This document shows, one piece after another, positions 1-14,041 of a stretch of DNA of 64,000 bases (position 1 is the stretch's first letter; every line of letters begins with the position of its first letter). The stretch is from Chiloscyllium plagiosum. Its lineage: Eukaryota. A model generated the notes under the pieces. The model was not told the origin of the DNA. It ran no database searches and saw nothing but the letters and a program-made list of their open reading frames with translations. Position numbers and translations under genes: made by a program. The DNA lies in assembly GCF_004010195.1 (NCBI RefSeq), contig NC_057728.1, positions 42,723,552 to 42,787,551 on the forward strand, in the 5' to 3' direction.

Positions 1-1842
1 TGAAATAGCTTCATGTTGGCTGTATCCCATCGCCAAGTTACCCTTTATTTACATGTGCATAATACATGACACTGACCCAGCTAGCACAGAGCCATTTCCT
101 TGACTGTGATTTTTCCTGCAAATGTGGTCCAATCAAAGGGATGGAATAATTTTTTTGTGGCATTTGTATGTATAGTCACACAGTAAAAAAGACACCATTA
201 TACAAAGACTTTATTCTATAATTTTCCACCACTAGGAATGCTTACACCAAAAAGTGAAGGTGGAGGGGTTAGGTGGGGAAGTGGGGAGTGGGGGGTATAG
301 GGAGAGAAGATGGGGAGTAAATCAAAGTAAAGTTGTAGGGGGAAATAAAACAGTCTATCCCCCCCATGGTGCTCACCTCTCCCTAAAGGTTTTGAAAGCA
401 TTGGTGGACACTGAGTGCCCCCTCACTCAGGCTCAAAAGTAACCACGAAAGATACTCCTGTTTATATCTGTTGGCCAGGGCTCACTTTTGGGCCAGGTTA
501 ACAGCCCAAATTAGGGAACAAACATGGATGACCTCATTTCAATCACAATGACAACCCTGAAGATTCATTGTTCCAAGTATGGTGCTAAATTTCAGCCACT
601 ATTGTATTATTATTATTGAATGGATTTCGGCCACATGCTCCTATGGAGTGGAGCAGGTAGATCAAAGGAACTCCTCGTGGGTATACAGCTGGGCCTGGCC
701 AAGATGGTCTTTAATAAGTCCAGGCAGTGAGTGGTAGAGGGGGTCATTAGACCTGACTGCCAGCTCCTCTTCCATGGTTACATTTGCTCAGTGTCCCAGG
801 AGAGGGAGTACATGGTATGATGCCCATGATGTCCACTTGAGGCTTTCCATGACTAGTGGGCACTACTCAGGCAGGAATACTTTATGCCCCTGCCCTTCCC
901 AAACAAATTATAATTTACATTTTGGAAGTTTCCTTTGAGGATTTGACTTCTGTTACATTGCCCCTTTAAGGGGTTGCCTCTTGTTAATTTAATTACATTT
1001 GTTTCATTTGGCTTGATGAGCTTCCAAAGAGTATAAAAAGTGATTCAGGAATGACAATTTGAAGTAGGTTTCCTTAAAAAGTTTTGTTTTGTGATTGTGC
1101 CTCTATAAGGAGCTGTCAACTATTTAACAGTTGACACCACTATCAGCACCCTTATATCCCAAAGGATTTAGTGGATCAAAAGTACAACTTACTACCACCT
1201 TCTCCAGGACATTTAGGAATGGGCAATAAATGTTAGCTTAGGCTGCAATGTCAACATCCACGAACAAACAAGAGAAAAGACAATTTGCTTATTAGTTCAT
1301 AATTAGTTAATCAAATAGTATTAAGTAGAACTGCATGTCATAGTGTTCCATCCTGCCATCTATAAGTGGTGGGGTACCCATTATGGGAGGCCCATTATGC
1401 AGGAGTCCTCCAATTTTCCACTGGGGATTTGTCATGGACAGTGCTGTCTGCTATAATAAGTAATAAGTGTTTAAGGTGATTTACAGACTCACAGGTGACC
1501 TATTATTTCTCCAACTTTGAGGAATTTGTCTTTTATATTTAGACGGGTTGTGTGAGTTCACATTTTCTCATGGTTAGCAGATGTAGGAGGAAGTGGTGGC
1601 AGGCATATCCAAAGACCATCTTGTGGGTCTGCGAACTGGGCCTGCAGAAGGAGGAAATTCTGCGAGGGTGATGAGCAATAGTAATCTTTCAACCAAACCA
1701 TCAAAACAAATTAATTATTCATTTAATATTTATTGTTTTAGATCGTGCTTTGACTTCTCTAATTGCCAAATTAGTAACGTAGAAACACAAAAGACCATAA
1801 GCCATTCAAACATTATTGTTCAATTGACATGTTGTTATCTTA

Positions 1843-2052
1843 GAGGAGAAAGTGAGGTCTGCAGATGCTGGAGATCAAAGTTGAAACTTTATTGCTGGAA
1901 CAGCACAGCAGGTCAGGCAGCATCCAGGGAACAGGAGATTCGACGTTTCGGGCACAGGCCGAAGAAGGGCCTGTGCCCGAAACGTCGAATCTCCTGTTCC
2001 CTGGATGCTGCCTGACCTGCTGTGCTGTTCCAGCAATAAAGTTTCAACCTCA
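1843..2052. mobile_element. Penelope-like element end in inverted (hairpin) arrangement
   Basis: 81-bp perfect inverted repeat 1880-1960/1968-2048; 14-bp TSD ATGTTGTTATCTTA at 1829-1842 and 2053-2066. Confidence 0.8.
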
Positions 2053-2068
2053 ATGTTGTTATCTTAAC

Positions 2069-3272
2069 TGAATCCTTAGAAGAGTATAAAGGAAGTAGGA
2101 GTATATTTAAGAGGGAAATCAGGAGAGTAAAAAGGGGTCATGAGATAGCTTTGGCAAATAGAATTAAGGAGAATCCAAAGGGTTTTTACAGATACATTAA
2201 GGACAAAAGGGTAACTAGGGAGAGAATAGGGCCCCTCAAAGATCAGCAAGGCAGCCTTTGTGTGGAACCGCAGAAAATGGGGGAGATACTAAATGAGTAT
2301 TTTGCATCAGTATTTATTGCAGAAAAGGATATGGAAGATATAGACTGGAGGGAAATAAATGGTGACATCTTGCAAAATGTCCAGTTTACAGAGGAACAAG
2401 TGCTGAATGTCTTGAAATGGGTAAAGGTGGATAAATCCCCAGAACCTGATCAGGTTTACCCGAGAAATCTGTGGGAAGCTAGAGAAGTGATTGCTGGGCC
2501 TCTTGCTGAGATATTTGTATCATCGATAGTCACAGGTGAGGAGCCGGAAGACTGGAGGTTGACTAACGTGGTGCCACTGTTTAAGAAGGGTGGTAAGAAC
2601 AAGTCAGGGAACTATAGACCAGTGAGCCTGACCTCGGTGGTGGGCAAATTGTTGGACGGAATCCTGAGGGACAGGATGTACGTGTATTTGGAAATGCAAG
2701 GACTGATTAGGGATAGTCAACATGGCTTTGTGCATGGGAAATCATGTCTCACAAACTTGATTGAGTTTTTTGAAGAAGTAACAAAGAAGATTGATGAGGG
2801 CANNNNNNNNNNNNNNNNNNNNNNNNNNNNNNNNNNNNNNNNNNNNNNNNNNNNNNNNNNNNNNNNNNNNNNNNNNNNNNNNNNNNNNNNNNNNNNNNNT
2901 GGGCTGAGAAGTGGCAGATGGAGTTTAATTCAGATAAATGTGAGGTGCTGCATTTTGGGAAAGCAAATCTTAGCAGAACTTATACACATAATGGTAAGGT
3001 CCGAGGGAGTGTTGCTGAACAAAGAGACCTTGGAGTGCAGGTTCATAGCTCCTTGAAAGTGGAGTCGCAGGTAGATAGGACAGTGAAGAAGGCGCTTGGT
3101 ATGCTTTCCTTTATTGGTTAGAGTATTGAGTACAGGAGTTGGGAGGTCATGTTGCGGCTGTACAGGACATTGGTTAGGCTACTGTTGGAATATTGCATGC
3201 AATTCTGGTCTCCTTCGTATTGGAAAGATGTTGTGAAACTTGAAAGGGTTCACAAAAGATTTACAAGGATGT
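2069..3272 (+). mobile_element. CR1/HER1-type LINE ORF2 (RT) fragment, gapped
   Basis: KENPKGFYRY...GNYRPVSLTSVVGKLL...QHGFVHGKSCLTNLIEFFEEVT and MEFNSDKCEVLHFG... Confidence 0.92.
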
Positions 3273-3273
3273 T

Positions 3274-3450
3274 AGGAGAAAGTGAGGACTGCAGATGCTG
3301 GAGATCAGAGCTGAAAAAGGAATCCTGAAGAAGGGCTTATGCCCGAAACGTCGATTCTCCTGTTCCTTGGATACTGCCTGACCTGCTGCGCTTTTCCAGC
3401 AACACGTTTTCAGCTCTGATCTCCAGCATCTGCAGCCCTCACTTTCTCCT
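3274..3450 (+). mobile_element. Penelope-like end with hammerhead motif at 3322-3355
   Basis: CTGAAGA-AGGGCTTATGCCC-GAAACGTC, with inverted terminal arms. Confidence 0.8.
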
Positions 3451-4201
3451 CGAAGATTCATTACTTGTAGCCATTTAGAAATTACTTTGAGGTACCTTTC
3501 ATAGGTTCAAAGTGAATAATTCACACAATGAATGCCATATGCTATAGTTTTGTCCACTCTCTGAATTTATTGGTGGCAACCTATCTAATTTACAACTTCC
3601 TCCTTCTGTTTAAACTAGTTACTATATTAACTAACTTGTGTTGTATGAAAATTTTGCTATATTGCTCTCAATATATGCAGTTCAAAAACAATTAATTGGT
3701 TGTAAAGTGGTTTGGAATGCCGTGACGATATGAGAAACATTACAAAAAATAGAATATTTATAACTTACACTGCCAACAGCTTCATTGGAAATAAAGAGAA
3801 AATTGTCCAATAGTAAATTAAAATATTAAAATGTCTTAATGCAATAAACTTTAGCTTTTTTAACTAGATATTTTTGTGTATGCTATAAACAGGCTGTATG
3901 AAAAATCCATGAACTTTATTTTATTTCTTTTCTTTTGTTGACTATAACTGTAGTGAATTCAAGAATAATGACCTTTCAGATCATCTCACTTGTGAGCTAT
4001 TGATTATATCTCCTGCATCTGTATTTAAAGGTTTTTGTTAAACATTGTGCTGTGCATTTAATTCCAAAATTTGTGGTAAATTGAGTAAAATTGTGAATCT
4101 GAAAAGTTAATAGTTTCTGTCTTCACATATGATGTTTGTTGTAGTGAGTAATTCCAACATTTTCTGGTTTAATTAATCATTGTTCTTTATATATTACACA
4201 G

Positions 4202-4308
4202 GACACATAGTTATGTCGAGCTGTTACCAGGTACAATCTATTTTGTAAGTATTGAGACTACAAGTGCAAAAAAGAAGAGCCATCCCACTACAATCAATGT
4301 TACAACAA
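4202..4308 (+). CDS. PTPRQ: PTPRQ exon, FN3 C-terminal half (THSYVELLPGTIYFVSIETTSAKKKSHPTTINVTT)
   Basis: cacag| acceptor, |gtgagt donor, L-x-P-G-T-x-Y FN3 motif; ends in phase 1, compatible with 8389. Confidence 0.8.
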
Positions 4309-5785
4309 GTGAGTTCCCGTTACAAAACTAAAAATATTTATGACAGAATTTAATCCAGGAGCTAGGAATCCCTTTAGTGAAACCAAAATCAGCTTGACAA
4401 TCTTGTGAAAGCAGAAAGGGACTGGCCAAATGCAATCACACTGTAATTAATTAGGGAAAATAATGTAGTGAGCACATCTGATTATGTGGCAAGAATGGGC
4501 CTTTTTTCTGCTCTGCTCAAGAGTTTTGCTTCTGATGCCTGCAGATACCTGCCTCGGCTGCTCCTCTCATGTGTCCAATTATGGTGATCTTCATTAAAGA
4601 ATGAAGGTTGAGTTATACGTTCATTGACAAAATAACACTAATCTTTTTCCAAATCGGAGTACTGTGAGATTATTCATCATAAAACAATTGATTTTTTTTA
4701 TAAATCAAAGTTCTGCTCTTTGATTGTTTATTTATCACATGTATTTGCTATCAGAATGTTCACAACTTAGTTCCAGTGTTAAAGAGATCATGATGTACTG
4801 AATTTAAGTTGATAAAACATGTCACTGGCTGGAGGCCCACATTCTGACCTATACCCTTGAGACTGTTGTATAAAACCTTTCCTTCCATCAGCACCTCCCT
4901 CTCTGACCTGTATCCTGCAGACTGTTCCATTGTAAGTTCCTTCTGTCCTCCTCTGGATGGTAGCTACAAAAGGCTGATCCCATATCTCCAAACTTCAACA
5001 CTGCCCAGCTTTCACTTGACAGAGATCTGAAATCCTGTGATCCCTGTTGCTACTTGTTTGGTCACCAAAAGTTTGCTTAATTCCATTGTGTGGAGGTGTC
5101 GGTGTTAGACTGGGGTGCTGTAAATTTACTATAAATTCTGTGTCTTATGATCCTGCTCCACAACCACCCGATGAAGGAGCAGTGCTCCAAAAGCTAGTAC
5201 TTCCAAATAAGCCTGTTGGACTATAACCTGGTGTTGTGTGAGTTTTAACTTAATTCCATTGACCAGTAACTAAATGAGCAATAGCATTTTTTAAACTCAC
5301 AATTGGCTCGCTGGCTAATTGATACTCTTTCTCTACCTCACTGTCTTCCTGTTAGCCATGTAATATACTCATCAGGTCCTATCATTAGGAAACTTTCCCA
5401 GCTGTTCCTACCTAGTTCTGCCACCTTTTCCATTAGGAAATTCACTTTGCCAGGTTGCACTAAATTTCACACTTTGTGCATGTGCATGCTTATACGTGTC
5501 TGACATAATTAAATGTGAAATAGACTTGATCACTTCCTTTTTTTGTGCTGATTACCTGTGATTAGAAATCTCTGAATTTATATTTGGAGATATGAATTGT
5601 ATGTGTAAGATAATGTCCTTTTCTCCTACTCTCAAGATGTGTTACTTCCTTCATGAATAGGTTTCCATCTAACAGTTTGGATACTGAGTGACAGAAGCTA
5701 TCCAATAATGAGCTTCTGGGACAGCGGCTTTCTGCTACTGGTGTTTGAGATTCCTTCTAAACATTAATCATTTTTTATTGAAACA

Positions 5786-6292
5786 ACCTCCCCCCTTACT
5801 TCCCTCCAAGGCCCCAAGGGATCCTTCCATATCCACCACAAATTCACCTGCACCTCCACACACATCATTTACTGCATCCGCTGCATCCGATGTGGCCTCC
5901 TCTATACTGGGGAGACAGGCCGCCATCTTGCGGAACGTTTCACAGAACACCTCTGGGACACCTGGACCAACCAACCAACCACCCCATGGCTCAACACTTC
6001 AGCTCCCCCTCCCACTCCACCAAGGACACGCAGGTCCTTGGACTCCTCCATCGCCAGACCATAGCACATCTTCACCTCCTTCCACCTATTGCATTTCCAA
6101 CACCCCTCCCCCAAGTCCCTCCTCCCTACCTTTTATCTTATCCTGCTTGGCACACTTTCCTCATTCCTGAAGAAGGGCTCATGCCCGAAACGTCAATTCT
6201 CCTGCTCCTTGGATGCTGCCTGACCTGCTGCGTTTTTCCAGCAACACATTTTCAGCTCTGATCTCCAGCATCTACAGTCCTCACTTTCTCCT
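5786..6292 (+). mobile_element. Penelope-like element 3' fragment with GIY-YIG endonuclease remnant and hammerhead
   Basis: FTCTSTHIIYCIRCIRCGLLYTGETGRHLAERFTEH; hammerhead core at 6167-6194. Confidence 0.88.
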
Positions 6293-8388
6293 AGAAGAAC
6301 TTAAAAATCAAGTCAAGTTTAAATCTGTAACATAGAAATTTAAAGCAGCCCTAAGAAATGAGAACTTGCTCAACTATATCAACTGAAACTGTAACTTAGC
6401 CAGTGCTTCATTTTCCCTAGTCAAACTAACATATAGCAACAATTAAATCAAAAGCCCAGCCTGCATTGAGTTTAGTTTTTGGACTAATTAGCATTGAATT
6501 GGAGATCTTCTTATGGTGCAGTGTGATAGTCTCCCTAGCTGCTGCAGATGTGTGCAATAGTGTCTCTGAACAGGTTAATTAGAAAAATAAGTTAAATTTT
6601 AAAAAACAAATTGATTTGGTGATGTAACAGGTCCAATTAATACACTTAATGATGGCTTGTCATTGGAAGGCCAGGAAATCTGGTATGACAGACAAAAATG
6701 TTAGGTATCCTGCAACACTTACCAGACAATGACTGGAAACATGAGGGGTTGGTGGTAGTTGATGGAGCAGCTGTTTCAGTATCAGAAAATGGGGAGATTG
6801 AAGGAATGGTGAAACCTTAAAGGCCCAAAAAATTAATGGAAAAAATGAATCAGATTTGTTTTATGTGTTTCCCTGAGTTGTTTAATTACCAATGGAAATA
6901 ATAAAGTATCTACAGGTAGTTCTCTTGTAACACCATAGTTCGGTTGCCATGCAATCTCGTTTTATAAGAAAAATGGGGACAGAATTGTGTTTTAGCCTAT
7001 ATAGGCATAGAAAGTTCATGTTCTACAAATATTGGTCAAAATGCAGCAATCATGTTATCACCAATTTGTGTTATAGAAACATGTGCTATAGGACAACCAC
7101 CTGTACTTGAATCAGTCATGACTTGTGGTTGAGGAAGAAGTAACCTTCAAAATCAGGTTGGGGTTTTAACTGATCAAAAACAATTGACCTTTGTTTACAT
7201 TGGTTCACTAGGCTTCCGCCTGTTTGTCCAAATCTTGATTTGCCTAAATATTGGATCTACTCGTCCTCCAGAAACTTATCACTTTCTGTTCATATGTATC
7301 CAGCTGCAATCTCATTTACACAGAAAGTGGCTTTAAAATGTTTTCTTGAAACAAATACATTTAAGTGCTAATGTCCATTAATTAAACTTCTAGTTGTAGT
7401 CAGTGTTGAATTTAAGGGACTAAAATTGCTTCAGGAATTGGTCCCTATTCCTGAACGAGTGGACCCAAAGTTCATTCTGCAGTCTCATGAAACATATTTG
7501 TAGACATCTAATAGGCATCCCGAGGCAACTTGTTGTCAAAGAAGAGGCTTTCTTGATGTCAGCAGTATTCCATTGAAGTTAAAAGACTAAAGTATTTGAG
7601 ACAGATGGTGATCAGGAAACAGAGGAGGGTGGCAAACTGGAAGGGAGATAATATGGAAGGAAAGCAATGTTTCAGGAGGATAGTGGTGACTGTCATGGAG
7701 CATGGCAGTAGGCAGGAAGGAGGGTCATGGTTAGTGGTAACTGGGCAGTGCTGAGACCGAATTAGTGTGTGTATGTATGTGTTTAGGTGGGGGAGAGTGG
7801 TGCTGGGAGAAAGAAGTGACAGTATCGACATACCTTGTCAGTTTAACTGGGGGTTTCAATCAAGTGCGAGGCCCTTTTATGACATATGCAAAATAGTCAA
7901 TGCCTCAGTTAGGTGAGGGTTTTGGATGCCTTCTTTTTAATAATGCTGTGAATTGGACATTGCACAGTTGAGTGTCTGTGCCTTGCTATTTATGTTATTT
8001 TCTTCATAATGCCATTACACCACCTGCAAGTCCTCTTCAAGCAACTTACCACCCTGACTTGGAAGTATATCACTGTTTCTTCTGTGTTGCTGGTTCAAAT
8101 TTTGGATCTCCTGCCCTAACAGCACTGTAATTCTACCTACACCAAACGGACTACAGTGGTTCAAGAAGGCTGTTCACCACCACCTCTTCAAGGGCAATAA
8201 GGGATGGGCAGTATAGCCCATCGCCTGGGCAGCAATGCCCACATCTCATGAATGAATTGAACAAAAGGACAGTTTTAAAGGCAAATATTAGTTGATATGT
8301 CTTAGCTATTGTGTAATATTTATGCATAAAATATGAATGCTACATTGCAGAGAAATAATGAGAATAAACCAGTGCATACAATTCTTAG

Positions 8389-8486
8389 TTCCAGAATCTC
8401 CAGTGGACTTGCAGTTTGTTGAACAGGATGAATACTCAGTATACTTATTCTGGAAGCCTCCAAGAGGTGGTTTTGATATTTTTGAG
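8389..8486 (+). CDS. PTPRQ: PTPRQ exon, FN3 N-half (PESPVDLQFVEQDEYSVYLFWKPPRGGFDIFE)
   Basis: ttag| and |gtgagt; W-x-P-P motif; phase 1 to 0. Confidence 0.88.
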
Positions 8487-8814
8487 GTGAGTGAAGCATT
8501 AAGACAATTCTTAACCATGGTGCAATTTTCTATTGGAAGTACATTCACCCAAAAAGAAAGATAATTACTGAATGCTTTGTTTTCATTGTTATGATTCAAT
8601 GTAGAAACGTAATGCTACTTTTCTCAGTTTACACCTTGGCTGTAGGAAGCAAATGAGGATCTATCAATGGAATGATGCCATAATTCAATATTTAATGAGG
8701 GAATCATTAATAGACGGGCCATCTAACAATGCGGGCTTACGTAAACCAGATTAAGTTCCTTATCATTCAAAATTAATAAATGGACAATGTGTCCCTTCTG
8801 TGGTATTGGAGTTT

Positions 8815-9075
8815 AGAATCATAGAATCCTTACAGTGTGGAAGCAGGCCATTGAGCTCATTGAGCCCACATCAACCCTTCGAAGAGCATCCCACCCAGAC
8901 CCAACATTATTCCCTCCCCCCCCCCCCCCACCCGCCCCCAACCCTATCCCTGTAACCCTGCATTTCCCATGACTAATCCACATATCCTGCACATCCCTGG
9001 ACACTATGGGCAATTTAGCATGGCCAATCCACCTCAACCTGCCATCTTTAGACTGTGGGAGGAAACTGGACTCCA
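8815..9075 (-). mobile_element. HE1-like V-SINE, 5'-truncated by a Penelope-type end (about 9075-9203)
   Basis: Matches the 61946-62267 copy; CR1-like tail. Confidence 0.75.
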
Positions 9076-10020
9076 CAACCACCTGATGAAGGAACAGCAC
9101 TCAGGAAGCTAGTGCTTCCAAATAAACTTGTTGGACTATAACCTGGTGTTGTGTGATTTTTAAACTTTGTACACCCCAGTCCAACATCGGCATCTCCAAA
9201 CCAGTATAAATCATAACATTTATATATTATTTTCAAATCATATTCTGTTTGGTTTGTTTTGATTATTACTGTGATAATTAAATCTCCTTTAAACTAGCTA
9301 TACCATGATAACAATCAACCAATCAAACTTAATGGGCTTACTTTGTCTCACCACTATTACGGAATTTTAGATCACCTTACAGAGAGAGAATGCTTTTATG
9401 TTTTTTTAGACCATTGGCCCTCTCTCAGGTATTTACATGTTTTCTTGATTATATTAGGTGACTATTTGGGCTGTCACTGGCTCCCCAACACTGATCAGTA
9501 ACAGATGATCTGGCTTCAATGTCCCTCTCAGATAGTAAACAGTGCACATCTAAACCCACAATGAGCATGAATAATGTGGCTACTTGCTCAATAAGTGAAA
9601 GATGAGGCAAGGCGGAAAGTGAGATTGTGACCATGACTCTCTAATCATGAAATATATATAGATTACAGATAATCCGTTATGGAGAGAATATCATGGCACA
9701 AAACCTCTAATTCTGATCAAGCTGATTTACAATAAGCTAATATTTTGTAAGGCCTGAAATATAAATACTTTTTGGGCACATTTTTCTTTTTAGATAGTTA
9801 TGTTAGAGATCTAACTGTTTATTTAAAAAATGTTGGTTTGGACTTCCTCAAAAAGCAAAAGCAAGAAAACCAATATTCTGAAAGCTTTCTGGAAAGTATA
9901 TCCGATCATTGTATCAACATTTTCAGAAATGATTTGAATTCAATGCATTGTTGCAACTACAGCATACCAGGTGGAGCAAAGTACTGTTCTTTCAAATTGT
10001 AATATTGACTTTATTCACAG

Positions 10021-10186
10021 TTATCATACCATTTAACTGGAATGAATGAAAATGCACATAGAACAACCCTACGTGGCAACAGTTTCAGGATCAAAGACCT
10101 CATTCCAGGAGTGGAATATGTATTTCAAATAAAAACAATTAAAGGGATAGATGATAGTGAAATAGTTGAGAAAAGGCTAAAAACAA
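10021..10186 (+). CDS. PTPRQ: PTPRQ exon, FN3 C-half (LSYHLTG...IKDLIPGVEYVFQIKTIKG...LKT)
   Basis: cacag| and |gtaag; phase 0 to 1. Confidence 0.88.
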
Positions 10187-10309
10187 GTAAGAATTTTGAT
10201 TATTTTTCTCATCCTCTTTGTTGATCACAATGGAATTTATAAATAATATGGAAGGTCAGTTTCCATAGGGTTTCTTCTGCTTGACTGCTCTACTTTTGAC
10301 TGATTGGTT

Positions 10310-11115
10310 GGTTGTCACATTTACTCAGGCACAGTGAAAAATGTTTTGCGTGCAATGCAGGCAGATCTTCCATATAAAGTACATCATGGTAGCAGAATAG
10401 AGTGCAGAATACAGCATTACAGCTGCAGAGTAGGTGCAGAGAGAGATCAAAATTAACATTTGAGAGTTCAGTTCAAAAGTCTGATGACAGTAGGGAAGAA
10501 GCTGTTCTTGAATCTGCTCGTACGTGTATTCAAACTTTTATGTCTTCTGCCCGGAAGAGGTGGAAGAGAATATAAACAGGGTGGGAGGGATCTTTGTTTA
10601 TTTCAATTGCTTTTCCAAAGCAGTGGTAAGTATAAATAGAGTCAATGGATGGGAGGCTGATTTGCAGGATGGACTGGGCAGTGTTCATGACTTTCTGTAG
10701 TTTCTTGCAGTCTGGAGAAGAGCAGTTACCATTCCACACTATGATGCATCCAGATAGGAGGTTTTCTACATGCACCTATAATAAATGGTCAGAGTCCTTG
10801 TGGACATGGCAAATTTCCTAAGCCTTGTGCAGAAGTAGAGATGTTGTTGTGTTTTCTTGAACGAAACCTAACGTAGGTAGACCAAGACCGATTGTTATTG
10901 ATCATCATTTCCAGGAACTTGACAGTCTCGACAATCTCCACCTCAGCTCCATTGATGTAGATAGGGGCTTGTCCGCCATTCCACTTCCTGAAGTCAATGA
11001 CCAGTTCCTTCATTTTGCTGACTTTGTTGGAGGGAATGTTATCTTTACACTAAACACTCAATTTCTTTCCTATATTCTATCTTGTCATTGTTCGAGATCT
11101 GACCTACAATGATGG
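10310..11115 (-). mobile_element. Rex1/Babar-like LINE 3' fragment
   Basis: KELVIDFRK...PIYINGAEVEIVETVKFL and CIIVWNGNCS...LQKVMNTAQSI. Confidence 0.75.
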
Positions 11116-12919
11116 TTTCAGTGGAAGGACTGCAGACACCCTAGTTTTTTAAGGTTTTCCTCATAAGGTTCAAATAGCAATTGGGAGAAATGGCAGAGAA
11201 ATTTGTAGAAATTAAGATTTCCAAAGCAGTGTGCAACTAATTAATTACAGTTTTAAGTGGAGACATTGTTATATATGAATGATGACAAAAACAACTTGCA
11301 GTAATATAAAGCACTTTGTTGACATAGTGAAGAGTCCAAATGTGTTTTACAGTTGGTATCAATTGAAATTTAACATCATGCTGGATGATGATGATGAGCT
11401 TTATTGGGCATCTGAAAGGAAGAAAGAAAGGCAGTGAGGTTCAGGGAGGGTGGGCTCAGGAACTTGATATTTAAAGATAAACCACCAGTGGAAACATGAT
11501 TAAAATCAGGGATGATGAAGAGTTCAGAATTAGAGGCATGTATATATCTGGGAGTGTTCAGGGCCGTGGGAATCAAGGGTTTAATAAAAAGGAACAAAGT
11601 GGTCATAAGGAGCATCAGATCAGCTATGGTCTTGTTGAATGGTGGAGCAGACATGAAGGGCGAAATGGACTACTCATGTTCCTATTTCTTATGGTCTTAT
11701 GAAGAAAGATGCAGAAATAGGAAGTAAAAGGGATTTTAAAACAAGGATGATACTTTTTTAATTAACATGCAACCAGGTGTCAGCAAGGACAACAGTAATA
11801 AAAAAAACCTGAAAATATTAGAAATGCTCAAGAGAGCTGTCCGCATCCATGGAGGTAAAGACAGAGTTAATATTTCATGTCTGTGACCTTTGTCAAATTA
11901 TCTGTCTCGATTGTTTCCCTTCCTTGTCTGCTCCCTCAGGATGAGTCTGACAGTAAATAATTACTGCTAGATCTATTTGCTTGTTTTTCTCATTATTCCC
12001 TACTCATGCTCACCACAACAGACAGTTTCAATAGTCCAACCTGCACTTCCTATAATCTGAAATTAAATCTTGGTGTGTTAGGGATACGAGATATATCAGG
12101 CCACCTGATGAACAGTCTATCCTTTTACCGTTACCCTCCCGCCCATTGAGCTTTCAGTTTCAGTATGTGTCAATCACTTCAGCATATGGATAATATCAGC
12201 TCTGTAGAACATGTTTCTAAAATCTACTGATTTTTAAATCTGATTTCCAAGATAAAATTTTTACAAGAATGAGTAATCTAGGACCAATTTGGCAGCTAGG
12301 TGCATTCATTGAGACTAATTAAGCAAACCAATCAGATGAACTCCTTGATAATCCTTGCTGATTTTGAGAGAAGTTGACTGTTAAAAATTTTGTTTTACAG
12401 AAAGCAGAATATAGCATTTGTGGATTTATTTAGTTTTTGGAAATTAATATATCTCTGCACAGTAAAGCACTATGCTTCATCAATTTAACACATAAAATAA
12501 CCTGTTGTTTTTAATAATAGTGGGTTTGGAAAAGTGATACTGTTTTGAAATTCAATCTGTTAATGTAGCTAATGAGCTGAAGAAATACTAATGACTATAA
12601 CACCTTGTGAGTACGTATTAATTAACAACTTTGCCTGTCTGAAGTAAGCAGCAAGCTGAAGGCAATTTTGTGGTTGGAATAACTGTCTACTGCAGCCACC
12701 TGAACTGGGGAGGTGGCAGTGTTTTGAAGGAATGACATGGATCCATGGGTGAAACAGAACAGCAATTTTGAGTAGCAGCAAAGAAATTAAATACAAAAAC
12801 ACTTTCAAGCTGATTAATCACAATTGACAGCATTAAAAATAAGTGCTAAATTGACTCTCAGTTTTTTTTACTGCTAACTTTCTGTTGCCCCAGTTTGATG
12901 GTCAAGATCAGAAACCAAC

Positions 12920-13395
12920 AATGATAACCTGGTTGGAAGGATTGAGATACAGGGAGAGCCTGAATAGGTTTGGGCTATTTTCCCTGCAGCATCAGAGGCT
13001 GAGGGGTAACCTTATAGAGGTTTATAAAATCATGAGGGGCATGGATAGGGTAAATAACCAAGGTCTTTTCCCCAGGGTGGGGGAGTCCAAAACCAGAGGG
13101 CATAGGTTCAAGGTGAGAGGGGAAAGATTTAAAAGGGACCTAAGGTGCAAATGTTTCACGTAGAGGGTAGTGTGTGTATAGAATAAGCTGCCAGAGGAAT
13201 TGGTGGAGGCTGGTACATTACAACACTTAAAAAGCATCTGGATGGGCATATGAATAGGAAGGCGTAAGAGGGATATAGGTAAAATGTTGGCAAATGGGGC
13301 TAGATTTATCTAGAATATCTGGTATGCATGGACAAGTTGAACAAATTGGACTAAGGGGCTGTTTCTGTGTTGCTTATCTCTGTAACCCTATGCCT
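12920..13395 (+). mobile_element. CR1 LINE 3' end
   Basis: LEGLRYRESLNRFGLFSL...RGNLIEVYKIMRG. Confidence 0.85.
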
Positions 13396-13631
13396 CTAAA
13401 TAATAATGTATGAGTTTAATATGAACATTGAAATACATTTATTTACTGTGGCCCAGTTATTCTTCTGTCTAATCTACTTTCACCTGAAGACTATACTCAG
13501 TCTTGACTTTCTAGTCGTAACTCCACTAGGTTCATAACAACATTTTCATTACAGCACATAGTTGCTGCAGAAATAAATATATTCAATGAAATATTGACTA
13601 AACATTATTATATAATCTGTTTTATTTCAAG

Positions 13632-13792
13632 AACCTGAAAGGCCTCAACAGCTAGAAGTTTCAAATATTTTACCAACAGCATTTACTTTATATTGGAGAG
13701 CACCTATTGGACATGTTGATTATTATAAAGTGATTCTCCTTCCTGACCAAGGCTTGGTCAATGTCACAGACCTGGGGGATGGCAATTTCAAG
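13632..13792 (+). CDS. PTPRQ: PTPRQ exon, FN3 N-half (PERPQQLEVSNILPTAFTLYWRAPIGHVDYYKV...GNFK)
   Basis: tcaag| and |gtatga; phase 1 to 0. Confidence 0.88.
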
Positions 13793-14041
13793 GTATGATC
13801 ATCATGATATTATTGGCACTGCCAAGTCTAAAGAGTTCTCATGACATTAATTCTGTACTCATGGTTGGAATTAGAATTGGTCCTAACACAGTTTATTGCA
13901 TTGTATTTCTATTTTGTTGCTTCTGATAAAACTGGTAACATCATTCCAGAGCATTCCCTGAGAAACAGTCATCTACTAGAAATTCATGAATAGTGTAATA
14001 CAGGCAATGTGGTGACATTGAGCACAATAGCATTAGCTGTG

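Noticed and set aside
1543..1680. Exon-like, Cys-containing stretch (PSCGSANWACRRRKFCEG)
   Set aside because: Stops in all frames from the candidate acceptor and no recognisable domain.
3909..3941. ATG followed by signal-like MNFILFLFFC
   Set aside because: Stops after 10 codons, has no splice donor, and is probably just a T-rich intronic tract.
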